64,000 bases of DNA from contig JBBIUB010000002.1 of assembly GCA_037440465.1 (NCBI GenBank), positions 1 to 64,000 of the forward strand. Direction: 5' to 3'. The position numbers were made by a program, and so were the translations under genes. The first letter of the stretch is position 1. The number at the start of each line of letters is the position of its first letter. Shown piece by piece: positions 10,044 through 19,586 of the stretch. This DNA comes from Coprothermobacterota bacterium. GTDB taxonomy: Bacteria; Coprothermobacterota; HKB111. Under the pieces are notes generated by a model, which ran no database searches, was not told the DNA's origin, and was given only the letters and a program-made list of their open reading frames with translations.

Positions 10044-11023
10044 CTCCCGACAGAATCAACCTTCATCGAGACAACCTTAAAACCCACTCTCTCTATCACC
10101 GCTTTCTTGCATCTGGGACAAATTGTATCTTCTCCCCCTTCAATATGAATATTACCAAGATAAACAAACAATAAACCTTCTTCATAACCAATTTCTCTTC
10201 CTTTGATAAGGATAGTAGTTGGAGTAGCAGGAAAGTGAGAAAGGTGATAATAAGGAAAAAAACGGGTTATATGCCAGGGGGTAGTATGCCCCAGTTCTTT
10301 TTTTATAAACTTGCTTATTTCTCTTAATTCCTTTTCACCATCATTAACAGTAGGAATAACATTTGTAACCACTTCTACATGCTTCCCTTTTTCTCTGGCG
10401 AGAACAGATGATCTCAATGGTATTGCAACCTCAGATAAACCTGTAATAAATTGAAAAGAATCTCTAAAAAATGCTTTTATATCTATTCGATACACATCTA
10501 TGAAAGGTAAAAGTTCTTTAAGTGGGGCTTCATTAATAAAACCATTGGTAACCATAACCGTGTAAAATCCTTTTTCTTTAAGCATTGGAGCACTTTCCAT
10601 AATATAATCCCACCATATAGTTGGCTCATTATATGTCCAGGCCACACCCTGAGAATCAGTTTCTTTAGCAATTTGTACTAAAGTCTCAGGTTTTATTCTT
10701 TTTGTATTTACTTCTTCCAGAATAGATTGAGATAGCTCCCAGTTCTGGCAATGCTTACACCGCAAGTTGCATCCTACAGAACCTAAGGAAAGGACATTAC
10801 TACCTGGTTTGTAATGGAAAACAGGTTTCTTCTCAATTGGGTCCACAGCTATTGAGGCTACAAGTTCATAAACCAAAGAAATTAAAACCCCCTCTCTATT
10901 TTTACGTGTACCACAAACCCCTCTTTTTCCAGGATCCAACTTACATTTAATAGGGCAAAGGAGACATCTGACTTTCTCTGAAGTCAGTTTTTCATAATGA
11001 GTAACTTTCTTCAAGATGTTCAA
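10004..11023 (-). CDS. amrS: AmmeMemoRadiSam system radical SAM enzyme
   Basis: N-terminal CxxCPxxC...C, DPIEKKP, CNLRCKHCQN, TYNEP, C-terminal CxxC pairs. Confidence 0.92.
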   Translation of the reverse strand: MNILKKVTHYEKLTSEKVRCLLCPIKCKLDPGKRGVCGTRKNREGVLISLVYELVASIAVDPIEKKPVFHYKPGSNVLSLGSVGCNLRCKHCQNWELSQSILEEVNTKRIKPETLVQIAKETDSQGVAWTYNEPTIWWDYIMESAPMLKEKGFYTVMVTNGFINEAPLKELLPFIDVYRIDIKAFFRDSFQFITGLSEVAIPLRSSVLAREKGKHVEVVTNVIPTVNDGEKELREISKFIKKELGHTTPWHITRFFPYYHLSHFPATPTTILIKGREIGYEEGLLFVYLGNIHIEGGEDTICPRCKKAVIERVGFKVVSMKVDSVGRCELCGEYLNISC

Positions 11024-11033
11024 GTCTTCGAAA

Positions 11034-11543
11034 TCAGTGATACCTTGTTACTTCAAAGCGATATATCTTAACTTCTTCACTTCCCAAATCTGCTTTTAAC
11101 CTGGCTATCTCTAATTGCTTATCAACTGTATCTATACCTTCTATATCAGGAAGAAGAAGCCCTTTCTTGCCCCTCCCTTCTAATAAAACTCCATACCTCT
11201 TAGGATCCAATTCTTCCTTTGAGTAAACAAATTCCAGGGGTTCCAAAACATCTACAGAATAGGTGAGTTCGTCTAACTCCTCAACACTAACTGGCAAAAA
11301 CCGTGGGTCAAGAGTAACTGCTTTAATAGCATTATCAATAACTTCTAAAACCAGATTCTCCCTGGTCGGGACTATCGTTCCTATGCAACCCCTTAATTTT
11401 CCTTTATGCTTCAAAGTAACAAAACATGCATTCTTTTTAGAGGTATATTCTTTCATGTCAGGATGGGATACTTCCTCGTACCTTTTCCCCTCTTTAACAT
11501 GAAATTCGATTACCTCTTTAGCTAATTTAACTAAAGGATGCAT
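11034..11543 (-). CDS. amrA: AmmeMemoRadiSam system protein A (AMMECR1 domain)
   Basis: ACFVTL, LRGCIGT, DPRF, GLLLPD; start uncertain (11543 or 11567). Confidence 0.9.
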   Translation of the reverse strand: MHPLVKLAKEVIEFHVKEGKRYEEVSHPDMKEYTSKKNACFVTLKHKGKLRGCIGTIVPTRENLVLEVIDNAIKAVTLDPRFLPVSVEELDELTYSVDVLEPLEFVYSKEELDPKRYGVLLEGRGKKGLLLPDIEGIDTVDKQLEIARLKADLGSEEVKIYRFEVTRYH

Positions 11544-12333
11544 TCTGGCTAACTGAAATACTTCCAACTAAATAACCAACTCCAAAGGGTCCCTCATATG
11601 AATAGAGCTTAGTATTTATTTGCTCTCCAGTGAAAAATCCCAGAACTGCGAGTAGAGGTCTAAATCCACACTCAGCAGCATGTTCCAGAATATCTTTATC
11701 CATTTCCAGAAGAATATTCTTATTACCAGTGCTAAAGAAATCAGATATATATTTGTCAAACACTTTCCCTCTTATATCATATCCTGCTGGAGCACTATGT
11801 GTAAGACAATGGGAGAGGTCACCACTTGCCAAAAAAAGAATATTTCTCCCCAGCTCCTTTGCTATACTATCAATTACTCTACCTATTTCCTTGGAATACT
11901 CTGAATCGTTCCAGCATATACCACTTGCAACTATTTTTCCTTTTATCCCTTTTTTCTGAAGAAAATACAACGGAACCAGTACCCCGTGGTCAAGAGGTTT
12001 ATCTTTAATTGCTTCAAATTTAATTTTTCCATTAAAAGAAAAGAGTTTATTTAAAAACTCTTCATCAGAGTAAGCTTTTAGAGAAAACCCTGAGATTCCA
12101 AAATGCGAAAAATCTCCACTTAATACCTTCTGCGAATAAACATTGATACTTTCAATACCTGCTGGTGCATGTGGACTAACAATCAAGATAGTATCAAAAG
12201 ATATATCTTTTATATCATTAAGAGCATTGTCGATTCCTCCTAATGTGTTCTCAACACGCTTCAAGTAATTTTTACCAATTTCATCAATTATTATAGGAGG
12301 ATGCGGAAACAATAAACCAACTTTATGATACAC
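11527..12333 (-). CDS. amrB: AmmeMemoRadiSam protein B / Memo-LigB-like domain protein
   Basis: PHPP, SPH, LDHG, SGDLSH, AECG, YEGPFGVGY. Confidence 0.8.
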   Translation of the reverse strand: MYHKVGLLFPHPPIIIDEIGKNYLKRVENTLGGIDNALNDIKDISFDTILIVSPHAPAGIESINVYSQKVLSGDFSHFGISGFSLKAYSDEEFLNKLFSFNGKIKFEAIKDKPLDHGVLVPLYFLQKKGIKGKIVASGICWNDSEYSKEIGRVIDSIAKELGRNILFLASGDLSHCLTHSAPAGYDIRGKVFDKYISDFFSTGNKNILLEMDKDILEHAAECGFRPLLAVLGFFTGEQINTKLYSYEGPFGVGYLVGSISVSQNASFS

Positions 12334-13156
12334 AGGTCGATTCAGTTACCTCCATATACTGTACAATAGTATGTGTAGGGCATTTCTCAACGCAAGTCCC
12401 ACAATTATCACAGAGATTGTAGTCTATAATAGCTAAATTGCCAAGTATAGGATCTAAATGTATTGCACCTTTTGGGCAATTTTTAACACATACTCCGCAT
12501 TTAATACAACCAACTTTACATGCTTTTCTAACATCAGGTCCTCTTTGTACAGATGCACATGTAATTACTGTTCTTTTTTCTTTATCAATTAAAGTTATTA
12601 CATTTCTCGGACAGCTACTTACACAAAGCCCACAAGAAGTACACTTCTCTTCGTTTATGAATGGCAGACCAGTCTCAACCATTGTAATAGCCTCAAAAGG
12701 ACAAGCTAATTCGCAATCTCCAAGACCCAAGCAGCTATATATGCATTGCTTAAAACCACCAGAGATTTGAGAAGCAGCTTTGCATGAATATATACCTTCA
12801 TATTTAGCTCTAACAACTGCATTTTCCTTATCTCCCTGGCATTTCATTCTTGCTGTCCTGGGAAGTATGACTTGTGCCTTTATTCCCATTATCTGAGAAA
12901 TCTCACCAGCTATTTTTGCTCCTCCTACAGTACATTTTGTGGGAACTGCTTCGCCATTAACAATGGCTTCAGATAGTTGTCGGCAACCAGGAAATCCACA
13001 TGCACCACAATTTGCTCCAGGGAGAAGGGCTAAAATATGTTCAAGCTTAGGGTCTTCTTCTACTCTGAATTTAAGAGAAAAAAGAGCAAGACCAGCTCCA
13101 AAAACCAAGCCTAAACCACCAGCAATTAATGCACCTTTTAATATATTCGCCAGCAT
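12323..13156 (-). CDS. rnfB: Rnf complex subunit B (polyferredoxin)
   Basis: N-terminal TM, LPGANCGACGFPGC, several CxxCxxCxxxCP motifs. Confidence 0.95.
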   Translation of the reverse strand: MLANILKGALIAGGLGLVFGAGLALFSLKFRVEEDPKLEHILALLPGANCGACGFPGCRQLSEAIVNGEAVPTKCTVGGAKIAGEISQIMGIKAQVILPRTARMKCQGDKENAVVRAKYEGIYSCKAASQISGGFKQCIYSCLGLGDCELACPFEAITMVETGLPFINEEKCTSCGLCVSSCPRNVITLIDKEKRTVITCASVQRGPDVRKACKVGCIKCGVCVKNCPKGAIHLDPILGNLAIIDYNLCDNCGTCVEKCPTHTIVQYMEVTESTCVS

Positions 13157-13170
13157 ATCCAGCTCTCCTT

Positions 13171-13758
13171 TTATTTAGCCATTCCAGAAAAACCCATAAA
13201 AGCTATTGATAATAATGCAGTCATAATAAATACTATTGGATAACCACTCAAGGGAGCTGGAACATTACTATTTTTTATTCTCTCTCTAAGATTTGCAAGC
13301 AGGAATAGTGCCAGGACATAGCCCAAAGCTACTCCTGCTGAACTAACTACAGCTTTTATTAAAGTATATCCTTCTCTCTGGTTTATAAAGGTAACGCCTA
13401 ATATCGCACAATTTGTAGTAATTAATGGTAGATAAATACCCATGACTCTATAAAGAGATGGAACACTCTTACGTAGATAAAGTTCTACAAGTTGAACAAG
13501 AGACGCTATAACAAGAATAAAAGTTAGGGTGCTGAGGTAAGTCAGACCGAAGGGTATGAGAAGTAAGTTATTCAAAAACCAGGTAACCGCACCTGCTAAA
13601 ACCATAACAAATGTTACTGCCCAGCTCATTCCCAATGCAGCTCCAATGTCAGTTGTCATTCCTACATAAGAGCAAAGTGCCAAAAATCTCATTAAAACTA
13701 TATTATTAACCAGAAGAGCAGCTATAAAAAGGTTAAGAAGATCCATGTTGATGGCCAC
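13171..13758 (-). CDS. rnfA: Rnf complex subunit A
   Basis: FILVIASLVQLVE, GIYLPLITTNCAILG. Confidence 0.95.
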   Translation of the reverse strand: MAINMDLLNLFIAALLVNNIVLMRFLALCSYVGMTTDIGAALGMSWAVTFVMVLAGAVTWFLNNLLLIPFGLTYLSTLTFILVIASLVQLVELYLRKSVPSLYRVMGIYLPLITTNCAILGVTFINQREGYTLIKAVVSSAGVALGYVLALFLLANLRERIKNSNVPAPLSGYPIVFIMTALLSIAFMGFSGMAK

Positions 13759-14359
13759 CTCCCGCTCCTTTCTTTTTAAATATCGTATTAAAAATTGAAA
13801 TCATAAGTCCGATCGTGAAAAATGCACCAGGAGGTAAAATCATAATTAAAGCTGGCTCAAAGTTAGAAGGAACCACTGGATAACCTAAGATAGTCCCATT
13901 ACCTAAAAGCTCTCTTATTCCTGAAAGAATGAATAATGTAAGGATAAAACCAGCTCCTATACCTATAGCATCAACAATTGACCATACTGTGCTTTGACGA
14001 GAAGCAAATGCTTCTGCTCTTCCCATTACTATACAATTCACAACAATAAGAGGAATAAATATTCCAAGTGCTTTGTGTAAGGGAGGAAAATAAGCAGCCA
14101 TAATTAAATCAGTTATAGTAACAAATGTAGCAATTACTATGATAAATACGGGTATTCTAATCTCTTTAGGAACCCATCTCCTTATTATTGATATTGTTAG
14201 ATTGGACCCTAAAAGAACAAAAGTTGTAGCCAACCCCATTCCAACCCCATTAAGGATTGTAATTGAAACAGCAAGAACAGGGCACAGACCTAACATTAAT
14301 TTTAGAACAGCATTTTCTTCAACTATCCCATTTACAAAGACATTCCAAAGATTTTTCAT
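13733..14359 (-). CDS. rnfE: Rnf complex subunit E
   Basis: LGLCPVLAVS, LGIFIPLIVVNC, RELLG, PPGAF. Confidence 0.95.
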   Translation of the reverse strand: MKNLWNVFVNGIVEENAVLKLMLGLCPVLAVSITILNGVGMGLATTFVLLGSNLTISIIRRWVPKEIRIPVFIIVIATFVTITDLIMAAYFPPLHKALGIFIPLIVVNCIVMGRAEAFASRQSTVWSIVDAIGIGAGFILTLFILSGIRELLGNGTILGYPVVPSNFEPALIMILPPGAFFTIGLMISIFNTIFKKKGAGGGHQHGSS

Positions 14360-14919
14360 TTTAGCCAGACCTCCTTATTCTGAAGAATAAGTGTTGCAGC
14401 TTTCTGAACAGCTTTAGTAACAGCTACCGATGATTTAGTAGCCCCAGTTATAGCTTCAATATCTGTCTTTACTTCAAAGGGGTCTCTTAAAGATTTCCCG
14501 GTAAAACGATTAAGAAAATCGACACCAGTAATTTTAGAACCCAACCCGGGAGTTTCTTTGTGCTCTACAACCTTAATGCCCACAATCTTCTCTTCTTTAG
14601 TGATTCCAACTAAAATAAGTATTGGACCTCCGTAACCTACAACTTCAACCTTAGCTACTAATCCTTTCCTTAACTCTTCATCATCAAAACCAATATATAT
14701 CTCTTTTATTTTTACAATCTTATCAAGACGAACTGGCTCAAAACCTTCAAGAAGATGAAAATCAGCTGCTGATGGGAAAACCTCAGTAAGTAAATTTTTT
14801 ATTTCATCAGATTTGGCTTGTTCGATAATAGGTTCAGTCTGATGATAAACAAGCGATAAGGAGCCTGAGGCTATAATGCTAGCAAACATTAGTATAAAAC
14901 CATGTTTTACAACATTCAT
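14356..14919 (-). CDS. rnfG: Rnf complex subunit G (FMN-binding)
   Basis: GYGGPI, HKETPGLG, ITGAT flavinylation motif. Confidence 0.95.
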   Translation of the reverse strand: MNVVKHGFILMFASIIASGSLSLVYHQTEPIIEQAKSDEIKNLLTEVFPSAADFHLLEGFEPVRLDKIVKIKEIYIGFDDEELRKGLVAKVEVVGYGGPILILVGITKEEKIVGIKVVEHKETPGLGSKITGVDFLNRFTGKSLRDPFEVKTDIEAITGATKSSVAVTKAVQKAATLILQNKEVWLK

Positions 14920-15854
14920 TTTTTCACCTCACCAAACTTCCTTGGTAAAGTAACTCTTTCAATTATTGGAGAAAATGCATTCATTATCAAAATTGCATAG
15001 GTAACACCTTCTGGATACCCTCCAAAAGCTCTAATAATCAGAGTGAGAATTCCACAACCTAATCCAAAGATTAATCTTCCTTTTGAAGTAACAGGACTTG
15101 TCACATAATCTGTAGCCATGAAAAAAGCTCCCAGCATAACTCCACCAGCTAAAATCTCAATAACTGGATCCCTTCCCAATAAAAGGCTAAGAATGGCCAT
15201 GCTTCCCAAATATGAAACAGGGATATACCATTCGATGGTTCTCGTCATAAGCAAATATATACCTCCAATAAGAATAAGTAAAGCTGAAGTTTCACCAATT
15301 GAACCAGATACATTTCCATAGAATAAATCCCAGTATGAAGGTAGTTTATCAACTCCATCTTTTAACAATGCAAGTGGTGTGGCCGTTGTTAGACTTTCAA
15401 ATGGAGTAATAAAAGTTGTTATATGCACCGGCCAGGACACACTTAGGACAGCTCTTCCTATAAGTGCAGGGTTAAAGGGATTTTGACCTAAACCACCGAA
15501 AAACTCTTTAGCTACGATAATGGCAATCCCACTACCTACAACAGGAATCCACCATGGTACTGAAGGTGGCAAGGTTAATCCAAGAAGAATACCCGTTACA
15601 ACCCCGCTTGAATAAGTTCCGGGGATTATTTTTCTCTTAAATACTCTTAATATAAGAAATTCAAAAACAATAGCTGAAACAGTAGATAGACCTACCACAC
15701 GTAAAAAATTAACTATTCCAAAGAAATAAACTGCAGCAATCATAACAGGGATTAAGCCGATGATGACTCTCCTCATAATTTTATTTGGATTAAGATCTGT
15801 ACGAAAATGAGGAGAAGGCGAGATTACAATTTTAGTATTAAATTCACTGGACAC
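14916..15854 (-). CDS. rnfD: Rnf complex subunit D
   Basis: FGGLGQNPFNPA, TTATPL, GSIGETS, FFMATDYVTSP; GTG start. Confidence 0.95.
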   Translation of the reverse strand: MSSEFNTKIVISPSPHFRTDLNPNKIMRRVIIGLIPVMIAAVYFFGIVNFLRVVGLSTVSAIVFEFLILRVFKRKIIPGTYSSGVVTGILLGLTLPPSVPWWIPVVGSGIAIIVAKEFFGGLGQNPFNPALIGRAVLSVSWPVHITTFITPFESLTTATPLALLKDGVDKLPSYWDLFYGNVSGSIGETSALLILIGGIYLLMTRTIEWYIPVSYLGSMAILSLLLGRDPVIEILAGGVMLGAFFMATDYVTSPVTSKGRLIFGLGCGILTLIIRAFGGYPEGVTYAILIMNAFSPIIERVTLPRKFGEVKK

Positions 15855-15866
15855 AATTATTACCTC

Positions 15867-17165
15867 CTAAGCCTTAGTGCTAACTTTTCTTCTTTTGAAA
15901 ATCTCTGACTTGGCTACCTTAACATAATGAACTAAAGGAATTGAGGCTGGGCATGCATAAGTACAACTACCACACTCAAAACAGTCAAGAGCTCCGAAAT
16001 ACTCAGCTTTTGAATAGTCTTCAATTTTAGTGTTCAATGCTATATATAAAGGCATTAACCTGAGGGGACAGACTTTCACGCACCTACCGCATCTAATACA
16101 CTCACCTTGCATGAATTCATCTTTTTTTCTTAAAAAGAGAACACCAGAAGTGCCTTTAATAATTGGGACATCGAGAGATGACTGTGTTATCCCGGTCATC
16201 GGCCCTCCTGTTACAACTTTATATGGTTCTTCAGGTAATTTAATGTAATTATCAGAAACATCTTTGATAAGTGTTCCGAGTGTTACCATTGCATTGGCAG
16301 GTTCTTTAATTAAATCTCCTGATATAGTAATAACTCTTTCTGTAAGAACCTTTCCTTCAAGGATTGCTTCAGTAAGACAAATAGCAGTAGAAACATTACT
16401 GACCACTACTCCAACATCCATAGGAAGTCCGCCTCTGGGTACTTCTCTCTTTAGAAGAGTCTTTATTAGTACCTTCTCTGCACCTTGAGGATATTTTGAA
16501 GGAAGAATAGATACCTTAATAGCTTCTTCAGCTTTTACAGACTCATTCATAATTGTAATAGCATCTTTTTTATTATCTTCTATTGCAATTATCCCATTTC
16601 TTGCTCCAACAGCTTTCATCATTAATTTAAGACCAAGAATAATTTTATTAGATTTCTCCAGCATCTGTCTGTGGTCAACAGTAAGATAAGGTTCGCATTC
16701 TGCGCCATTTATAATAACTACTTCAACAGGTTTGTTGGGGTTTAGTTTTACTGCTGTGGGGAATGCAGCTCCACCTAAACCAACCAATCCAGCTTCTCTT
16801 GACCTTGATGAAATTTCCTGTGGAGAAATATTCATTCCCAGAGGTTTAAGCTTTAATTCTTCAAAGTCACCTTCTCCTTCAATAATGACAGATTCTATCT
16901 CTCGACCAAGTGTAGGGTGCATCCAAGGGGAAATCGCTTTAATCTTACCGCTGATAGAAGCATGAATGGGAGCAAAAACATACTGGGTTGAATCACCTAT
17001 AACCTGGCCTTTTGTAACCATGTCACCAACTTTGACAATAGGCTGAGCTAAGGCTCCTGTATGTTGCTGTAAAGGAAGAACTACCAATTTAGGAACTGGT
17101 AACTGTGAAATTGGTTTTTGACAGGTTATTTTTAATTCTGGTGGTCGTAATTCATGATAGGACAT
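15867..17165 (-). CDS. rnfC: Rnf complex subunit C (short form)
   Basis: PLQQHTGA, GLGGAAFPT, NGAECEPY, two C-terminal 4Fe-4S motifs. Confidence 0.95.
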   Translation of the reverse strand: MSYHELRPPELKITCQKPISQLPVPKLVVLPLQQHTGALAQPIVKVGDMVTKGQVIGDSTQYVFAPIHASISGKIKAISPWMHPTLGREIESVIIEGEGDFEELKLKPLGMNISPQEISSRSREAGLVGLGGAAFPTAVKLNPNKPVEVVIINGAECEPYLTVDHRQMLEKSNKIILGLKLMMKAVGARNGIIAIEDNKKDAITIMNESVKAEEAIKVSILPSKYPQGAEKVLIKTLLKREVPRGGLPMDVGVVVSNVSTAICLTEAILEGKVLTERVITISGDLIKEPANAMVTLGTLIKDVSDNYIKLPEEPYKVVTGGPMTGITQSSLDVPIIKGTSGVLFLRKKDEFMQGECIRCGRCVKVCPLRLMPLYIALNTKIEDYSKAEYFGALDCFECGSCTYACPASIPLVHYVKVAKSEIFKRRKVSTKA

Positions 17166-17892
17166 CGTATTTCCTCCTAATATATCTATCTTCTTCTGTC
17201 TTAAAAATATACAGTAATCCTTCCCAGTTTAATTCATTTAGATAAACCTGAGTGAGATTAGGCTCAAGATCAGAAATGTCATGAGCATCAGAAAAACATA
17301 CCATTTTTAAGTGTTTCGGGATTTTCACTTTCAATGTTCCATGAGATGACATCTCTACTCCTTCAATATTCAAGCCTGGGGGTATAAAACCCAGCTGGGA
17401 GAAAATACTAAAAGAAGATCTATTGACATGAGCTAACAAAATGAAAGTATTATATTCCCTGGCTTTTGAAATAATCTCTTCTAAAGAAAGATTAACAGAA
17501 GGCATAAGTAACCTTTTTTCTATTGATTTAACCATATCTTTTTCATTAACAATAATCTGGGGTTTTACTGCATCTACATCATCAAAAATAACAGGTAAAT
17601 GCTTCCGTAAGAGAACCTCAAATCTCAAAGCTTCTAAATAATTCTTAAAATATATCAGCAGATGAACCTCTTCTCTGGACTGTACTTCAATACCTGGTAA
17701 AACTTGAATATCATATTTCTTCCCGGCTTCACAAAAAGCAGGATAATTTCTTATTGAATGATGATCGGTTATGCCAATCATATCCAAGCCCATTGTTTTG
17801 GCTTTAGAGATAATTTTCCTTGGACTCATATCCCAGGTTGAACAAGGCGAAAGAACAGAATGGATATGAAGATCTATGTTGTACCATCGCAA
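17152..17892 (-). CDS. PHP-domain metallophosphoesterase
   Basis: DLHIHS, ITDHH, AHV, SDAH. Confidence 0.88.
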   Translation of the reverse strand: MRWYNIDLHIHSVLSPCSTWDMSPRKIISKAKTMGLDMIGITDHHSIRNYPAFCEAGKKYDIQVLPGIEVQSREEVHLLIYFKNYLEALRFEVLLRKHLPVIFDDVDAVKPQIIVNEKDMVKSIEKRLLMPSVNLSLEEIISKAREYNTFILLAHVNRSSFSIFSQLGFIPPGLNIEGVEMSSHGTLKVKIPKHLKMVCFSDAHDISDLEPNLTQVYLNELNWEGLLYIFKTEEDRYIRRKYDVLS

Positions 17893-18233
17893 GGAAGAGT
17901 TCCCCTTATACCAAAAGAATAAAGCTTCCCAATAAGCTCAAATGCAGAGAAAGAAGTTATTAAAATAGATATATTTTCTTCTTTTGCTTTGTTAATTACG
18001 TCCTCTCCGACTTCATGGTTTGAAGCAATAATAACTGCAGATACCTTGCAAAGCGAAGCTACAGCAATTACATTCATATGTGTTTGAATAGTAATCCAAA
18101 TGTCACCTTCTTTGGCACAGCCCATGACATAGCTCAAGAGGTCAGATACAATACCTTTTTTTACTTCAACCTCAAGATCTCCTTCATTTACTAAATCTAA
18201 ACCAATATTTTTAATAATTTCTCTAAGAACCAA
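17874..18233 (-). CDS. DRTGG-domain protein
   Basis: SDLLSYVMG, WITIQTHMNVIAVA. Confidence 0.8.
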   Translation of the reverse strand: MVLREIIKNIGLDLVNEGDLEVEVKKGIVSDLLSYVMGCAKEGDIWITIQTHMNVIAVASLCKVSAVIIASNHEVGEDVINKAKEENISILITSFSAFELIGKLYSFGIRGTLPCDGTT

Positions 18234-19529
18234 CTATTTCACCTCCCTTGATTTAAAACGAACTGAAGAAGGCCCAAGGTGTGATAAATCTCTAACATCT
18301 TCAGCCAATTTTTTCAGTTTGTCTCTTAGAACAAAAATACAATCTGTTATATAAGACCAACCAAGTACTACATCTTCAGCAAAAGCCCGACAAGTTGGAG
18401 CGCCACAAGCTCCACAATCTATACCTGGTAAGGTTTCAAGAATATGTTCTAACTCTTCCATTTTTCTCATAGAAACATCAATATCATCATCTAACCTTAA
18501 AACAGGTCTTGCTGTAATCTCCTTAGTTAGATTAAACTTTCCAGATTCATACATTGATAATATCTCATCTTTTAAATCATGTGGTATAGTATTTTTTAGT
18601 TTACTTCTAATATTTTTAAGATTAAAGTCTATTACATGAGTAGAGAGAGCATTAAGTACACCACCAGCACAACCATTACGACATGCCCATAACTCAAGAT
18701 AATTAATTGATGCAAAATGACGGGTTTCTACCTCATGGAGAACTTCTGAAACCTCACTTATATAACAAATATTTATACCACTGTATGTTGGTAAGAAATC
18801 AGCAAGCCAATCTCCATCAGCTCCAAGTAACCCTCTGCTTAAGCCATCTCCATTAGTATTTTCAAAAAAGCGTTTGGCTAAATGATAAACATGACTGATG
18901 GGGATAACATAGTTAATTTGCGAGAAATCCACACCCAAAGGTGTTTTTACAGAAGTAACCTGTGCAGGACAGGATACAAGAAGAGCTACTTGAAATTCTC
19001 TATTCATCTCTTTTACAATTCGAGCTCCTACTTCCCATGGCGAGTCAAGTTTAACCATAAACTGAAGAATATCTGGAAATCTTACTGATAGAAAGCGAGG
19101 AATGCTCGGGCATATTAAAGGAATAAACTTTTGGTTACTTCTATTTTTCATAAAATAGTCTGATAGAAATAAGGGATAAGCTTCAAAAATCATATTAAGA
19201 TCGAAAGACCCTTTAAAACCCAGCGATTTGATAAATTTATCCATGACATCAAAAGGAGGTGGTGGGTTAAAATGAGCGTAGAATACAGGAGGAATTAGAA
19301 CTATGGTATTGCTTTTTTCAGGAACAGAAGATAAAGAATCAAATAAAACACCATGGGCTTTATAAGGACATGCTTTTACACACTCTCCACAATCTACACA
19401 ACGGACTGGCAGGATTCGAGCTTTTCCCTCCATAACCCTGATAGACTCAGTAGGGCAATGACGTACACAATGTGTGCACCCCCTGCATATACTTTCTTCC
19501 ATTATTATTGAATGCATATACCCTTTCAA
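18234..19529 (-). CDS. [FeFe]-hydrogenase-like Fe-S protein (group D / putative sensory type, degenerate H-cluster motifs)
   Basis: N-terminal 2x[4Fe-4S]; ICPS, SCPAQ, ELWACRNGCAGG; C-terminal LPGIDCGACGAPTC FeS domain. Confidence 0.8.
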   Translation of the reverse strand: MKGYMHSIIMEESICRGCTHCVRHCPTESIRVMEGKARILPVRCVDCGECVKACPYKAHGVLFDSLSSVPEKSNTIVLIPPVFYAHFNPPPPFDVMDKFIKSLGFKGSFDLNMIFEAYPLFLSDYFMKNRSNQKFIPLICPSIPRFLSVRFPDILQFMVKLDSPWEVGARIVKEMNREFQVALLVSCPAQVTSVKTPLGVDFSQINYVIPISHVYHLAKRFFENTNGDGLSRGLLGADGDWLADFLPTYSGINICYISEVSEVLHEVETRHFASINYLELWACRNGCAGGVLNALSTHVIDFNLKNIRSKLKNTIPHDLKDEILSMYESGKFNLTKEITARPVLRLDDDIDVSMRKMEELEHILETLPGIDCGACGAPTCRAFAEDVVLGWSYITDCIFVLRDKLKKLAEDVRDLSHLGPSSVRFKSREVK

Positions 19530-19586
19530 TTCATCTACCTCCCTAAATAAACAATAGCTTTTAGTCTGGTTTCTACAATCTCCCTT

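Noticed and set aside
18234..19529. Calling this a catalytic H2-evolving hydrogenase
   Set aside because: H-cluster motifs are degenerate and no maturases or partner subunits are in the window.
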